From: Pelomyxa schiedti
Lineage: Eukaryota; Protista; Evosea
Reading direction: 5' to 3'
Length of the DNA stretch: 64,000 bases
Assembly: GCA_020536535.1 (NCBI GenBank)
Contig: JAHLWZ010000794.1
Location: 62,001-126,000, forward strand
Made by a program: the position numbers and the translations under genes. Below the pieces are notes generated by a model. That model worked only from the letters and a program-made list of their open reading frames with translations, had not been told where the DNA came from and searched no databases. The number at the start of each line of letters is the position of its first letter. Position 1 is the first letter of the stretch. Positions 48,381 through 62,632 of this stretch are shown one piece after another.

Positions 48381-50997
48381 ATGACGGGGATCCCACCGCC
48401 GCGAGCGGCCTCGCCCGGGGTGGGCATTGCTTCGGGGGCCCCGCGGCCGCACGTGGCCGCGCCTCAGCCCCCGACGACGTCGTCGCCGCTGTCGTCGTCG
48501 GTGCTGCGAGGCATAGGCGTGGCACCACCTCCACCAAGTATTTTTTTTTTTTTCCCCCCTTCTCTTTCTTCTTCTTTCTTTGTTACTTACTCGTAGTTGC
48601 TTCTGGGGTTTTTTTTTTGTTTGTTTGTTTGTTTGTTTTTGTTTATTGATGCCAATCACCAATACACAATATACAAACCTTGGATAAAAGACACATACAA
48701 AGGAGGTACTTTGTATCATTTGTGGTGTAATTAGTTTTAACTTTTGGGAAGATCATATTGTTGATCCGTATGCTGCACCTGTACAGTCAGTATCTTCTGC
48801 AAATCCCTATGGTAGGGACCTCTTTTTTGTGGGCGTTTGGTTCATCAAACCATAGAATCATCTGCATTTGATCAGCCTATATTTGAGGCCAGACCTCCTG
48901 TTTCACGGAGTCCTCTCATCACATCCATTACCACAATAATAACACAACCACCACCACCCCAATTCTCTACTGCCTCCCCTCCTTCCAAGGGTTCGGGATT
49001 CGATGAGACTGGTACATCCTATTGCCCAGTATCTATCAATACTGAGCCCTTTTTTTCCAGAGCTATCCACTGCTCTTATTGCCCAGCGGTTATTATCACA
49101 CCCTGATCCCCTTGATGACGACATTGACACACTCATTCAATCACAAATTGTGTGTTGTCCTTAATCTTTTTCTTCTCTCACTCCAACTAGTGTGTTGTAG
49201 GCTCCAGCACAAGTAATTTGGCTAACTTTTTTTCGAGCTACATTGGAATGGGTTGTATAAATGAAGTACAAACAAGTACCTTGCCCACAAAAACCTTTCA
49301 TTGGATAATACCTCTTCAAGATTGTTTCAGAAAAAAAATTGTATCTGAGAGTTTCACTCAATCATACGCCTTAGACTTCTGTTGTTGCACAGAAGACCTT
49401 TTTGGAGTAAATGACTATGTAAATACTTTGTCCCTGCTGTTTTGGGGCCAATGCATCCTTTTCATAGCTATTTCGAGTATCAAAGGGATTTATTCTCGTG
49501 TGGAATGTTGACAGTCGTGACAGTTTTGATGCCACACATGAATACTACCAGTCTATATTGAAAATCAAAGGAACCGATACCGTGCCAATGCTGCTGCTAA
49601 TGAACCATAACTTTCAATCAGAGGATTCTTGGAAAGTATCAAAAAGCGAGGGTGAAGCCCTTGCTGAGATGTTCAAATGTCCTCTTATGTGCGAAAATGA
49701 TATCCTCTAATTCTTAGTTGTTTACGAACAACTAGTGACATCGCTGCAACAGCAAAGCTAGATGCAGCGCTGTTGAGTATGTGTCAGGAGGCCTACTATA
49801 TCGACCAAAAGCTATCAGAACCAAGGTTTATTGGTATCACTGTACAAAAGATAACATAAGAAACACTTACCATCCTGTAGCTGAAACTGCCCGAAAAAAT
49901 GAAACTGGACAATCTGTTCTAGAAATTGTAGGCGCATCTTCTTGAGTCTTACTGAAAGTATACAGGTCCTTCTTGGAGATGCTTTTGTAGGAAAAACAAC
50001 TTTCCTCAACAAGTTTCACTCCAGGACGTTCAGTGAACAGTACATATCCACTGACAGTATTCAGCCTACAATTTACCAACCAATATTTATTACTCATTCA
50101 GGCAAGGTTGTACAAGAAAGAGTTCTGGAGGTTGAGCGCCCTAGATCTGCCAAGGAGAACTTTTTAGTCCGTTTGATTGACACACCCGGGTTTTTCACAG
50201 AGCAAGCAATTTCATTGGACCCAGCTTGCTCTGGCCTGTCTGTGTGTTTCATTTCTCAGCACGTTGAATGCACAAATTACCTGAATTGCAGGCATCGAAG
50301 TCTGTTGCCCAAGCCGCCGCGGAAAAAGCTATGGAATGGCTAAAACAGCAATCATTAATGAACTGCCACGGCTTTGTATTACTTTTTAATAGCACCGATA
50401 AAGCAAGCTTCAAATTTGCGGAAGAAGTACGCAAGGCCATACAAGCAGTTCGGGCTGATTTCAAGTTTGATGTATAGTTTGCTCATAAGTTCACTTATTG
50501 CCAATAGAGGGATACAGCCCGTTGCTCTTGTTGGAACGAAGATCGATATGATTTCAAAACGGGTTATCTATGACAAAGATGTATGTATTTGAAGCCCCTG
50601 CATGACACCAACTTGCTTTTTTAGGGGCAAGACCTCGCTGCCAAATATGAGTCCAGTTATACACCTGTGAACCTAGCACAACCGCAATCACTAAAAGCAA
50701 TTGAGGGAATTCTGACAGAAATGGTCATACGGATGTCCGGCGGCGGAGCCCCTACAACACCCTCCACTCCTCATGTACAGGCTTCTCCTGCTTCCGATAG
50801 AAGGTCTCACAACACTCTATGTGAAACATAAAATTTGATAGTAATTCGTTAAACCTCACAGCGTTATATTAACATCTTCTTCCAGGGTACCCCCTCCACC
50901 TTCACCTCTTACTACTTCAACAAGTGGAGATAAAAAGAAAGGCATTTTTGGGAAAGGTGACAAGAAAAAATCAGATAAGAAAAAGAAGAACCCTTAG
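48381..50997 (+). CDS. Protein with two tandem Ras-like domains (first degenerate), Pro-rich N-terminus and polybasic tail
   Basis: Domain 1: DCFRKKIV..KGFILVWNVDSRDSFD..VPMLLLMN..VSKSEGEALAEMFKCP. Domain 2: LLGDAFVGKTT, LIDTPG, HGFVLLFN, LVGTKID. Ends KKKSDKKKKNP* at 50995-50997. Confidence 0.75.
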
Positions 50998-51050
50998 AAT
51001 GTGTTTCTTTCTTTCCTTTTTTTTTTTCCTCCAGGGACACTTAGATATTA

Positions 51051-52560
51051 TCAGTACAACACGCGCACACAGACAGAATTCCAAATTCTCGCAAGCTATT
51101 GACCAGGTGGCTGAGAGTCTGGAATTCAAATGCTTCACTATAGCCCTGGAGCCTATAGGATTGGCATGAGAGAGGGTAATAGGGAGGTAAATTACCTTAT
51201 GCTCAATCGATTGGGTACGGAAGGTTCATAGGATACACGTTTAATTTTCGCGGCCACAATCGTTCCTTCCTGTTTCAAACGGGGTTGGGTTGGCAACCAT
51301 TAAGTGGGTGGAAACCTGAATCCAAATGAGCTTGAAGGGAAAGGGGGATGGGAGAAAGGAAATGATGATCATAAATGAGCCTTCTACACTTGTACTGAAA
51401 AGAAGAAAGTAAGATGACAGGAAACAAGAGTGGAGTTAAATACCTTAAAACCATGGCCTTGGCCATATCAGCATCAAATGTAACCCAGTTATTCGAAACT
51501 GCTTCCAGTATGTCCCTTTGTATTTGTCAAACATTCTGCCGATATCTTATTTAACATGCAACGGATTCACGCGAGTTGACGTTTGAAGGAAAGTGCGGGT
51601 GCGTGTAAAACGCACACATAAGAATTGGAATGCCAGATCTGTCAAAAAAGTTCCCGAATCGCTGGGAACACTCTTTTATGAGTCTCCTTGACACAGTATC
51701 ACCTTAGCACAATAAGCGGAATGTTGTTGTATAAAAGATGGTCACTCGCCTATAACGCGCTGAAGTGGGTCTAGTGTGGCCCTGGGTACCCCTGTTCTTG
51801 CACTCAGGCAATCAGCAAAGTGCCCCCATGAAGTACGAACATCGGGGTTCATTCGGGCTTGGAGGACACTGGCCAGCAGGGAGATGAAGCGCTCAGCAGG
51901 GTCCTCGGACTCTGCTCCGCCAAAATTGCCCTCATCCGCATCATCAACTGCACCGGTGGAACTGGTGCTAGCAGAAGAGCCTGGAGAAGATGCCGAAGTA
52001 GTGGGTGGTGCATTGGAGGCAGAGGCCGAGGCTGAACTAGAAGTTGAAGTGGAAGGAGCCACTGAATTAGAAGACGACGTGGTAGTTGTAGGTGTTGCAG
52101 CAGAGGAAGTGCATGAAGCAGTAGACGGATCAGCCACAGGCGTTGCACTTGTGGTTGTGGCCGTGTCGTGGGGCGCAGAGGGCGCCGAACAACTGGTACT
52201 TGTGCTAGTGCTGGTGCTGGTGCTAGTGCTAGTGCTAGTGCTTGCGCTTGTGCTGCTGCTCGTAGTGGTGGCTGTGGTGCTACTGCTAGAACTCGTTGTT
52301 GTGGCTGTACTATTAGCGGCACTAGAGGAATCCCCGCCGGAAGCGGGATTGGGCCGGGGGGCGCCCCCAGGGGATGCGGCGTCAGTGTTCTCGGCAAAGG
52401 CGAAGTCACAAAACTCGCGACATACGGCGTCGATGAGCTCCAACTGCCTAGGTATAAGCGCGCTAGCGGGGATGTCCGTCACTTCGTTCACAAAACTGCT
52501 CGTAGTACTACTGCTGGTGGTACTGCCGCTGACCGGTCCCGGTGGTGGTACGCCCGACAT
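51051..52560 (-). CDS. Hypothetical protein with Ser/Thr-rich insert and possible degenerate C-terminal SH2-like domain
   Basis: First exon 52560 to ~51745, then GT-AG exons ending in NWVTFDADMAKAMVL|STSVEGSFMII..AAKIKRV..FEFQTLSHLVNSL. The SH2 call is tentative. Confidence 0.6.
52196..52270 (-). repeat. Coding hexamer repeat (AGCACT/AGCACC)n encoding Ser-Thr
   Basis: Plus strand GTGCTA/GTGCTG tandem units, giving STSTSTST in the minus-strand exon. Confidence 0.85.
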
Positions 52561-52729
52561 GTCGTGCACCTCGTTACTCTTGATGGGTTTTTTTTCTTTT
52601 ATGATGTTTTTTAAGTTTTTGTCTGCTGAGAAGATGGAAGCAGGGGATTGATGTCAAAACAGAAAAAATTCGAAGTTCAAGAATGAGCTTGACACGCCAA
52701 CAATTTGCTGGTTGAAGGTGTCTTTTATT

Positions 52730-55700
52730 TTATTTTTGAACAGTCTTTGCCGAGTGGGGGTCTATGTATACAGTTGTCACGTTAGTGATGTTTGGTATGT
52801 GTGTAGTGCAAGTAAGGCTGCTATCTCTTCCCTGTTGTGTAGTTGTTAGCAAATAGCTGTTGGTGATTTTGTGTGATTGCTTGTGGATGACATACTGGAG
52901 GTGCCGGTATTCTTTTTCTTGTTCTTGGGTAAGGGATTCTATTACATGAGCAGTTTCTTCCAAATCCTTCTGCACCGCATTGATGTGTCCCTGTTAATGA
53001 GAGTGAGGAAGGGGTGTTTCGGACAAGGGAGCCACATGCCTGAAGAAGTGTGTCAGTATCCACTCTGTGCTGTTCAACCACTTTTCTCATCACTTCCGCC
53101 ATTTCTTGCCGTAATTGTTCACATTGCGCCTCCTGTTCAGCTTTGGTGGGGAGTGTTGGCCCACCTTTGGCTGCCTTGGCTCGTATTTGGTCTTGAACCT
53201 TACGCCGAGGGTAGGAATGATGAGGAAGGTGGAAAGGAAAATACTGTGTGTGTTTCTTGCAATAAATGCATCCGTTGTGTTTGATTCACAGTAAGCTGCT
53301 GAATGAAACTTGCCTGGCGCTCTAGAAGTAAAACTTTTTCTTGTGATTGTTGCTCTAGAATTAGGGCGTGTCTGGAGTCCCGGAGTTGTTTCATCAACTG
53401 TTTTTCGGTTATTCATGATACACACAACTCAAAACTTACAGCTTTCATCTCATTATGATGACTTTGAAGTATTTCAAGCTTCTTGGCAAGATTTTGAACA
53501 ACAACAGCTTCTCTCTCCTTAACATGATCCTGAAGAGTTTAAGTGGGAAGAATCGAGCTTAATTTTTACTTGTTTAGTTTTATCTAAGGCTTCCTTGTTT
53601 CGTTGTACCAGCAATTGCATCTCCATCTGCTGTGAATCTGCCAATTTTTGTACTTGCATCTTATGATGCTCTCGAAGCATGGAATCCTCCTCTTCCATGC
53701 GCGTACGTTGGGATGTGTGGAAGCTCTGGTCAGCAGATGTGAGACCTTGCATGAATTCAGCTTTTTTCTCAGTGTGCTCTTCCTTGACTTTTCTCTTTTG
53801 GGTAGCATCAGCATGCTTGAGTTCATCCCTCAATTTCTCATCGAACTCCTGTTTTGTGTTACATGAATAATGGAGATGAACAACGAACCAGTTTTTTTTT
53901 CTTGGCATTCTGGCGGTACTCTTTGATTAGAGCGTTAAATTCCGCACTTTGCTGCTTTTTGTGTTGTTCTGTTTCTAGAGTAATCCGCTGCTGCAATTGT
54001 TCACGTAACAGTGTATGCATGACAGTTAAAGCGTCCTGTATTGTTGTCTGTTCGAGAGAAATTGAAGGAAGCGTATATACCACATCCGTTTCCCCAGTCC
54101 TTGTGAGACATTCTATTTGAATAACTTGTTCTTCCCTCATTTTTTCATAGTGTCGCTGCTGAGCACTAATAAGTGCCTGTGTTGCAGTAGCCTGATGTGC
54201 GCTTAATTGGTCACAGGCTTGCTTGTGAATCTACAATGAAATACGTAAAATGTTCAAATAATTTATGCAGTACCTCATCTTTTTGCTGCAGAGTCAGAGC
54301 GTGTTCCTCTACCATTTTTTGCAGCTCAAGTTTGATGAGGAATTGTGAAGTTGTTTCAGAAATGTCCAGTGTTGATACAGCCCTCTGTTGCTGTTGTACT
54401 TGTTTGTGAAGTTTTTTGGTTGCAGGAGTCTTTGGTGCCCTTTGCTGTTGTGAAACGAGTGAATAAAGAAAATTGCGTTTACTTGGAATCTGGCTTGGGT
54501 TCACTTTGTACTTGCTTTTCTTTTTCTTTTTGTGCTAATTCCTTTTGTGACTGCTTCTGGGCAGTGGTGGTCATCTGACAAGTGTTTCTATTCATAAAAA
54601 TTGAACTCTGAAGAACATGCCTTTTCCCACTGTTTATAGGAAGTTTGGTGTTGTTTCAACAGATTCTCCAGTTCAGTCTTAAATCTTCTCACCTCATTTT
54701 CAGTTTCAACATCCAACTTTTTTTTTGCTTGTTCGTCCTATCCACACAGAGGGTGAGTAACACATGATATCATTGAATGAGAACCTCTTGCTGGAACTTC
54801 CGTTGGTGCTTGGCATTTTTATCAGAAAATCCATTCTCCACACGAAGTCTTTCAGCTTTTTGCCTGGACTCAAGTGCCTCTCTGTCCTTTATGTTGTGAG
54901 TTCTGGTGACATAAATTTTTCAAAGTGAATACTCGCTGTTGCATCTTTTGTTGTCCTTGGATTTCTTGAAGCTGTTGCTTAACTAACTTTCTGTTTATGT
55001 TTTGCTTTATGGCCAGAGTTCGCTTTGCTGCCGTCTTGTGAACTGTCATTGGCCTTTGTCTAGGTGCCGCAGTAGGCCTCTGGGCTGCCGAAAAAGAATT
55101 AATAGACATAGGTAAGGCATGGAGTTTGAAACCTGCATCGACTCCCGAGGAACCTGAGGAGGTAATAACCGGACCAGTTTGAGTTCCCAAAGAAGATAAA
55201 GGGGGAGCAGGAGAGGGTGATAGTGGAGGAGGATTGGATGTGCGATGTGTAGGTGATGAAGGAATACCAATAAGGGAAGGTGGGGATAATAGTGGTGGGG
55301 TAATTAATGGCGGTGGGGTAATTAAGGGGGGAGGAGTAAATAGAGGAGGGGGTAGGAGTGGCGGAGGGGACGTGATTGGTGGAGATGGGAGTGGGAGTGG
55401 GGGAGAGGCAATGACAGGTACAGGGGGAGGGGTTGCTGGTGGAATAGTGCATGGGGGTGGAGTAGTTGCTACTGGTGGGAGAGAGGGTGGAGGTGTTGAT
55501 GGAACAGTTGCAATCGGAACAGTTAGTGCCATTGGAGGAGGGGAAGATGGAGGGGCAGCAAGAGGAATTGTTGTATGGTGGGGCTGAGTTGGTGGCGATG
55601 GAGGAGGGACAAGGGATGCAGTAGTTGGTTGTGGTGAACTGGAAAGAGGTGCTGAACCCTCTAGAATGGGAGGAGGAGGAGGAGGAATGAAGTCAAGATG

Positions 55701-57415
55701 TGCTGGTGGTGGTGGGGTAGACGGGGGGCACGCCTTGGTGGTTTAAGTAATTCACAATCCCAAACTTCTTTTAAAACCTGAAACACTTGCTTTTTTTGTG
55801 CTTCTACTTGTTTGAGCATACTGAGTGCCTTCCTTTCTTCTTCGTTTACTTCTTCCAACGTCGCATCATTTTCAGCAGCTTCCTCATCCGCCATTGCAGA
55901 TTGGTACCTTTGAGGAATCTTGAGAATTGGAAATATCACAGAAATACTGTATTTCCACACCTCAGTACAAGAGTAATAAGGGACTCAGTTGTACCACAGC
56001 TCTGAAGCCATTGGTGCTTTCATTAAGTTAGTTGTATTTCATTACTACCCTTACAAGTAATAAAAGAAAAACTTACAGTCATAAGCTGGGATACAGATGC
56101 CCTATCCTTTGGTTCCCTCATCAAACTTTTTGTGATAAAGTCGTTAAAGAGAGGGGACCAGTTTTGAGGTTTTTCCAGTTTTGGCGGATCTCTAAAGGGA
56201 ATTTGCATCAGAGCCTTCATTGGGTGCATCTCAGCAAGGGGTGGCTCTCCATGGGCTAGTTCAAGAAGTGTTATTCCCAAACTCCATACATCGGCCTGAA
56301 GAAGTTGATATTGTCTTTTTGATTTTTTGAGGGATGTACCTTAGCGTCATATGGTACTGTGGAGACTTTGTTGGAAATAACCTCTGGGGCCATCCTTCAG
56401 AAAATTAATGTGAAGAACAAAGAGATATTGATACCAATAAGGAGTTCCAATAAATGTCTTCCTTGTTGGCTCTGATGTAGATATTTGTCCACAGACACCA
56501 AAGTCAACTAAGCAACATATCACTCAATAACAAAGAAAAAAGAAGGATCACCAAGTTTAATGGCACCATGCTTTGTAATTAAGATGTTTGCCCCTAGGAA
56601 ACAGTTAGATGGAAAGATAAGCTCCGTATACCTTTAATATCTCTATGAAGAAACCCAGCATTGTGCAAGTAAGCTAGACCTGCTAATGTATCTCTACAAA
56701 CCAAGGCAATGAGTGGTTCAGGGAACGGTGCGTCAAGTTCTTGTGTGTGAATGAGGTTAACATCGAGAAGATAACTCACCTTGGTAGATGTCTGTTGCAG
56801 AACCGCCATCACAAAATTCCATTCCTATCTAAAAAAAACAACAGAAATGATACAAAAATAAATACATATGGAAGAATCAAGAAAGTACACACAAACAATT
56901 CATCATTCCGTTTCCAACAACCAAAGTAACTAATGGAGAAACCAAAGTGAGTTCATTTTGTCTATGAACTTGAGTTTTGATTTGAACGTACCCAACAATG
57001 TTGGGATGTCTGCACAAGGATAAAACTTGAATTTCAATTAGTAAATCATCAAATGTTTCATCCTCCTCAAGCTGGATGATTTTAATTGCCAACTCTTCAG
57101 TGGAAGAAACATGGCCTCCCTAGAGTTTTGTTGTGATTTATGTAAGTGGAATTAATGGGCTTTTGGCAATATTCCTTGTACGGAAAGCAACCTTGTAAAC
57201 GATACCTTCACAAAATGAAAGGTTACGTTACCCAGAGAGAAAAAGGAGGGGAAAAAAACACGGTGGGTGAGCACATACCAAAGGAGCCCTCTGCAATAAC
57301 GGAATCTAAGCGAAGAACGTCATTTGGATCTTCCTGCGTGACAGATCGCGTGAATTACAACGAACCCGCAATGTGCGTACGTTACCTTGCGACAAAAGGG
57401 CTCCAAGCACGACAT
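52730..57415 (-). CDS. STE20-family (SLK/TAO/MAP4K-like) kinase with Pro-rich linker and long coiled-coil C-terminus, multi-exon
   Basis: IAEGSFG|IVYK, LAIKII, HPNIVG, HRDIK|GANIL, DFGVCG, FIGTPYW|MAPE, DVWSLGITLLELAHGEPP, WSPLFNDFI. Poly-Pro region ~55100-55700, Gln/Glu-rich helices ~52900-54900. Ends approximate. Confidence 0.9.
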
Positions 57416-57662
57416 CAAATAATAGAAAAAAAAAGAAATGTTGTTGTGACAGTGACTGAAAGTTACACGAAAGGCCCGAACGAACGAAATCTGATCTGCA
57501 GGCAAACGAATCATCATAAAAGAGAATTTACAAATACAAAAAAAAAAAAGGCACATCTTGTGTTCACAATAGACTAGTGATGGACACACCCTGATACACC
57601 AAATAAAAGTTGTATTTTTCCCCCAAAACAGGTCCACCAAAAAATCAAAACCAGGCCAACAT

Positions 57663-60481
57663 TTAGAGAGATACAGGAGCCTTCTCTTCCTTTTTGTCTT
57701 CTTCCTGTGAAAGCAGTGAGAAATCTTAATAACATGAGGAGAATTTAAGTATTTAGGTACCTTTTCTTTCCACCGGTACCATAGAATAATGCCACCAAGG
57801 CCACCCAGAGCTAAAACCAAAGCAATAATTACCCAAAACAATACTCCAGTTGCTGTTATGTACAACTCCATCTTCCATCTGTGAAAAACCGGGTGAGAGA
57901 AACATAGAAAAGAATCGCAGAAAACCTATCAACATTACTTGGCGGGAATGTTACAAAAACAACTTGGGAGTTTGGTACAATAGACTCGAAGTACTGTGTC
58001 CATGTTTCAACCATGGGTATGCCACAAAATGCAGTAGAAATGTAGTTGGAAACTCGTCCCAACCCAAAGAATAAATAGGGAGGAAGTAGGGACAAATAAC
58101 TAGATTGAGAAAGTTGTGTTCCTACGTGCAAGAAATGTGAGGAAAAACACAAAGTGATGTGAAGATACCAGCAACTCCAAGGTTATGTCCGCCGGTGTCA
58201 GTAAACGTGAGTTTCACAACACCGCCAGGTTGGTTAACCCCGTAGGGTTTTGGATCTGGAACAGTTTCCCCCTCCTTACACCAGACATCACAGACTCCAT
58301 TGAGAACTAAAAGCAATCACTTTTGCTACGAAATTGAAAGAGACAAACCAACGGTTTTAAAGAATAGTGCATCTGGCTCAAATCCATTAAATACAGCTTC
58401 AACTCTAGATTTCCCAGACATTGATACAACAGATGGATCAACTAGAACAAGTATGTCAAGGCTTCCCTGTGCGCCTCTAAGTTGCTTCAACGGTACTAGT
58501 AATTCATACCCCATCTCCTATATCAAAGAAAGCAGCTGCATAGGCTCCATTTATATCGGTTAATGCCTGCAAGGTGGTTAATTAGCAACGGAATTCAACC
58601 ATATCACCTTAATGTTTGCAGCATCATTTCTGACAAGAGTCCGGGTGCCAGCTGATATTTGTGCATCACTGCAGTTGGCAGAAGAAGAGCATTTGGTGTT
58701 TTTCCACAGTTGTATGGAGACGGAAACATTCTGTACCGAAATCAACAAGTCAGGGAATCCATCAATATCATAGTCGCCTGTATCGTGGTTACCGAGTAAT
58801 CTCCCATATTTTAATGCAATACCTGCATGAACAGTCAAAGGAAAATCAGGGTGAATAAAGAATGGCGTTGGAAGGGGCACTACAACGAGTGATTCGTTCT
58901 AAGAAAGAAATGAGTTAAATCCAGGGTCAGATATTATACAGTAGGATCGGATAAGCTAAAAAGGAAATCTGGGAAAGCTGTGCACATCGAAGAGCTTGAC
59001 AGGCAGTTATCACCACCAGAAAGTCCAGAACACACTTTCATCTGAAGAACTCGCGTTAAAATTATTCAGTTCTTCTGTGAAAGACCGTACTTGAGAGTTG
59101 TATGCAATCCAAATTTCTGCTTGACCATTATTATTGACAGGAAAAACCATATCTATTGCAGCATCACGATCTATGGTTCAACATAAGAACTGGATGTACA
59201 TGTAAAAAAAAAGGGTGTACCAAAATCTATAAATAAGACTTGTCCAGCACCCTCGGGTGCAGTAAATTTCCTTTGGCGAGAGTATCTGGAGTCATCACGA
59301 TTCCAGATCCACATTTCAAAAAATGTATCCGTGCCATCCTTTTGACTGTTTGTTGGGGGAAAAAATGGGAATAAAACCAACAGTTGTTGTAAGGAATAAA
59401 TCAGGATGACAATCTCCATCCAAATCCACAAAGGATGCACTATGAGGAGAAGATAGCAGCGGCAGTTCACCACTTACACTTTTGTTTTGTTAATACACTT
59501 TCCTGTTGTTATGAAGCTTCATACATGGAGAAGGTGTCATTTCCATTATTCAACCACACAACTGTTGTGCCATCTGAAATCCCAAGGAGGTCAACAAGCA
59601 TGTCTGAATTCCAATCAAACAATAGTACTTGGTCGTCAGCATGATAGAGATCAATGTAATCTCCTATTAGAGCAATACCAAGTTATTGAGGAGTGCAGGG
59701 TTTTGGGACATACTGAAAGACCAATGATTAGAAGAGTTTCTATTTCGTAAATAAAGGTGCAAAGAGAGAAATCCATTTCCCTCTTCGTTACATGTGACTA
59801 GAAAATCCAGCCAGCCGTCATGATTGAAATCCGACTGGAATTGTTAGGAAGGAGAGGAAAAAGAAAGTAATTCAACATACAGGAGCAACGTTCACAATAG
59901 GATATGTTTCATTAATTATTGCGAAAATAGAGAATTTCCAGTCATCTTTTTTACAAAAAAATTGTGAATAATGGCCATTGCAGTTATGAAATAGGTACAT
60001 GGACTCCATTGATACACTATTACACTAAGTTGGTCGTCTGAGATTACGAATATATCAGTGCTGCAAATAAATTATTATTCGCAAGAAAATTACAATTCAT
60101 AGTACTATTGATCGTTGTCAACGTCACCAAAGCTTGCCACACGCCCATACATATCAGACATTCCAACTTGAGCTGTAGCATTGCTGAAGCAATCAGACGA
60201 AAAATGAGGCCTTGATTGTTTTCATACACTGTGTAAGGAAAAAGGGGAAAAACAAAAAAAAAAAAAAAAAAAACGAGAGAATGCACACTGATGGACAGTT
60301 GCGGGGTTCAACCATTGTGCACTCATTGATCCCAAAGTACCACCCAAACAACCTACCAACGTATTGAGGGGAAAAAAAATCAGGAAGTAACGTGGCTCTA
60401 GAGCCAACGAGCATCCCACAATCCCTTACCTAGGCATAACACCAACAACGCCCAAAACGCGACGCCACCGCGTCGTTCCAT
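57663..60481 (-). CDS. ITFG1: T-cell immunomodulatory protein / ITFG1 (LINKIN) homolog, FG-GAP repeats plus C-terminal TM helix
   Basis: FG-GAP-type loops FGDVDND, DFNHDGWLDFL, FVDLDGDCHPDLF, GDYDIDGFPDLLI. C-terminal hallmarks DALFFK, PYGVNQPG, QLSQSSYLSLLPPYLFFGLGRVSNYI, IVPNSQ, then a TM segment and WKEK|EEDKKEE. Confidence 0.9.
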
Positions 60482-61871
60482 AGTCCTTAAATCTTACGAA
60501 ACAACAAGAAAAAAAAACAAACGAAAAAGGAGAAAAAAAATAAACTAATCAAAAAGTTGGGGAACCCATGAGCGTCACCAACACCAAAAAAGAAGCTGGA
60601 ATACAGTCCCTCAACGGGGCGCACAGAGCCAATGACATTGGGATTTCAGGGGGAAAAAATCTCAACTGTGGGAAAGGGAAAGGTTCTCTTTGTTTGTTAT
60701 CTTTCAACAATCAGGATTGGGAGTCTGCAATTAATGCCGGGATTCTTCCTAAGAATAAAGCAGCAGGCACCAGATTTCTGTGTCAAACTCAGAACTGTAT
60801 CAACTTTGACCTCCTTTGCATCGTCAGTCATCAGGGACTGAGTCTCAGATATAACCACAAGGGTTGCTGAGCGGAGGGACTTTTCTACATCAATAACCAA
60901 TATGAAGAGGATATGCTGATTTGGCTTTGTAGGAACTACTACTGCCGAGAGCCAGCAGAACGATACGATCTTTACGTAGCAAGAGAAGGGAAGGTCTATG
61001 AACAAATACTCAAACACGAGGGAATCCAGGTCCGTTGGCTTCAGGATGCACATATTTGTTGGTTTTTTCATCGTTCTGGGCGAACGGGAACATTTATGAT
61101 CCAGCTCCTACTGCATTGATAAATTCCCCGTAGCTTGCCGAAGGTGTCCCATCTCCTTCACCATCACATCATGCCTCATGATTATATTCTCCTTCAGAAT
61201 CATCTGAAAAACGCAACACCGCCGAGGTGTCAGTTTGGTTGTGACTCAGATGGTCAGGGTGATTGATTGGTCATCATTCCCGTAAATACGGAGCACGTGT
61301 GCCCAATGCCTTGAACAACGAAGGCTTTCTGTTGGGCGAAACAAGTTGGAACCCCTCCCACAATATACTTTCTGGAATCCAAGGTCGGCCACATATGTCC
61401 CACCGAATCGGCCACATGCGCATTCGTAGCTGTTGTCTGTGAGGTCGCGGTGGGTTGTTTTGCTCTCGTCGCCTGCGGCGTTTGTTTTTTTTTTAACGGA
61501 GTTCCAGTAAAGAGTCCTCCTGATTCCCATCAAATTTGGAGGCAGGGCAACGACGCCAACGATAGAATCATTGGTGACACCAACAAACTTTTATGTTTTG
61601 GTTATAAACAACAGAGTGTGAAGTGGACAGCAGCGGGGAGATCTGTGTTTTACGCAAATAGACGTAGTGGATAGCAGCGTTGTAGGGGCGTCACAACTCA
61701 CAGGAGATCTGTGTAGAGTCTCGCAACATCTCCCTTTGATAGGTGACATCGTTAAAAGCTATTTGGTGGACCTATTGCTTCAACTTCCCAAGAGGGTTCT
61801 CTTGTCAATACTAATATTGATATGTGAGGATTTGTGATCCAGAAAATTCCCACTGTGTGAAGTTCACGGAA

Positions 61872-62632
61872 AGTGACCCTTTTTTTACGAGGCACTAATA
61901 CTTACAGCATTGAAAACCCCAGGAGGCACAGCTGCTCACCTGGACCACACCCACTAATCCAGGTAATTGATGCTTAGTAAGGCAAAAACAGTTCTCGGAA
62001 GGCTACTTATGTTCTTGGCACTTAAGGGAGTTGGTGGTGAACCTGGTTTTTACCGTTGATTGCCTTTCTGCTTCTAACATCCCTCTGCACAGAATTACCT
62101 GACTGCAGCCGAGCATTACTTGATGTATGACTTCTGCCCCCTTTTTTTCTTTATTTGCCACTAAGTGCAAATAACTACTTCTTGACAGTGACCAGTTGCT
62201 GGTGGTATTGGAAGTACTCTATAAAACAAGATGAAATGTGGAAATAACAAACCAGAGATCCTCTCTTGCTCTTCAGAAGCTCAACAGTCTTGCCAGAGTT
62301 CCCTCTGTGGATGCGACTTAAATTCTGGAATCCAAATGCATTTGGTGGTGTTGTTCTCCTGATAAACGGCCACTGAGAGCTCTCCCCTGCTGTGCATAGC
62401 TTTTGCTTCAGGACTTGAAATCCAGTATTTTTTCCTTACTTTAAGCAATGTTTTGTTTAACTATGCTAATGACTCAGTTGGCCTAAACCAAACGTTGGTT
62501 GTTCCAGCTCTCCAATGTGTGCAGTTCACTTAAGGTGGCCCTTTTTTTATCAGGCACTAAGTAAGTCTTCTAGCTTTGAAAAACTCAGGACCACTTTTCT
62601 CCAGAAATCTGGGTAATTGATGCTTATTAAGA
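61872..62632 (+). repeat. Two diverged direct-repeat copies (~100-110 nt) at ~61872-61982 and ~62533-62632
   Basis: Shared blocks CCCTTTTTTTA..AGGCACTAA, TTGAAAA.C.CAGGA and GGTAATTGATGCTTA.TAAG in the same order. Confidence 0.7.

Noticed and set aside
51776-52651. 291-aa plus-strand ORF with LVLVLV repeats
   Set aside because: Antisense shadow of the Ser/Thr-rich minus-strand exon.
55234-55587. Gly-rich plus-strand ORF
   Set aside because: Antisense shadow of the proline-rich linker of the minus-strand kinase.
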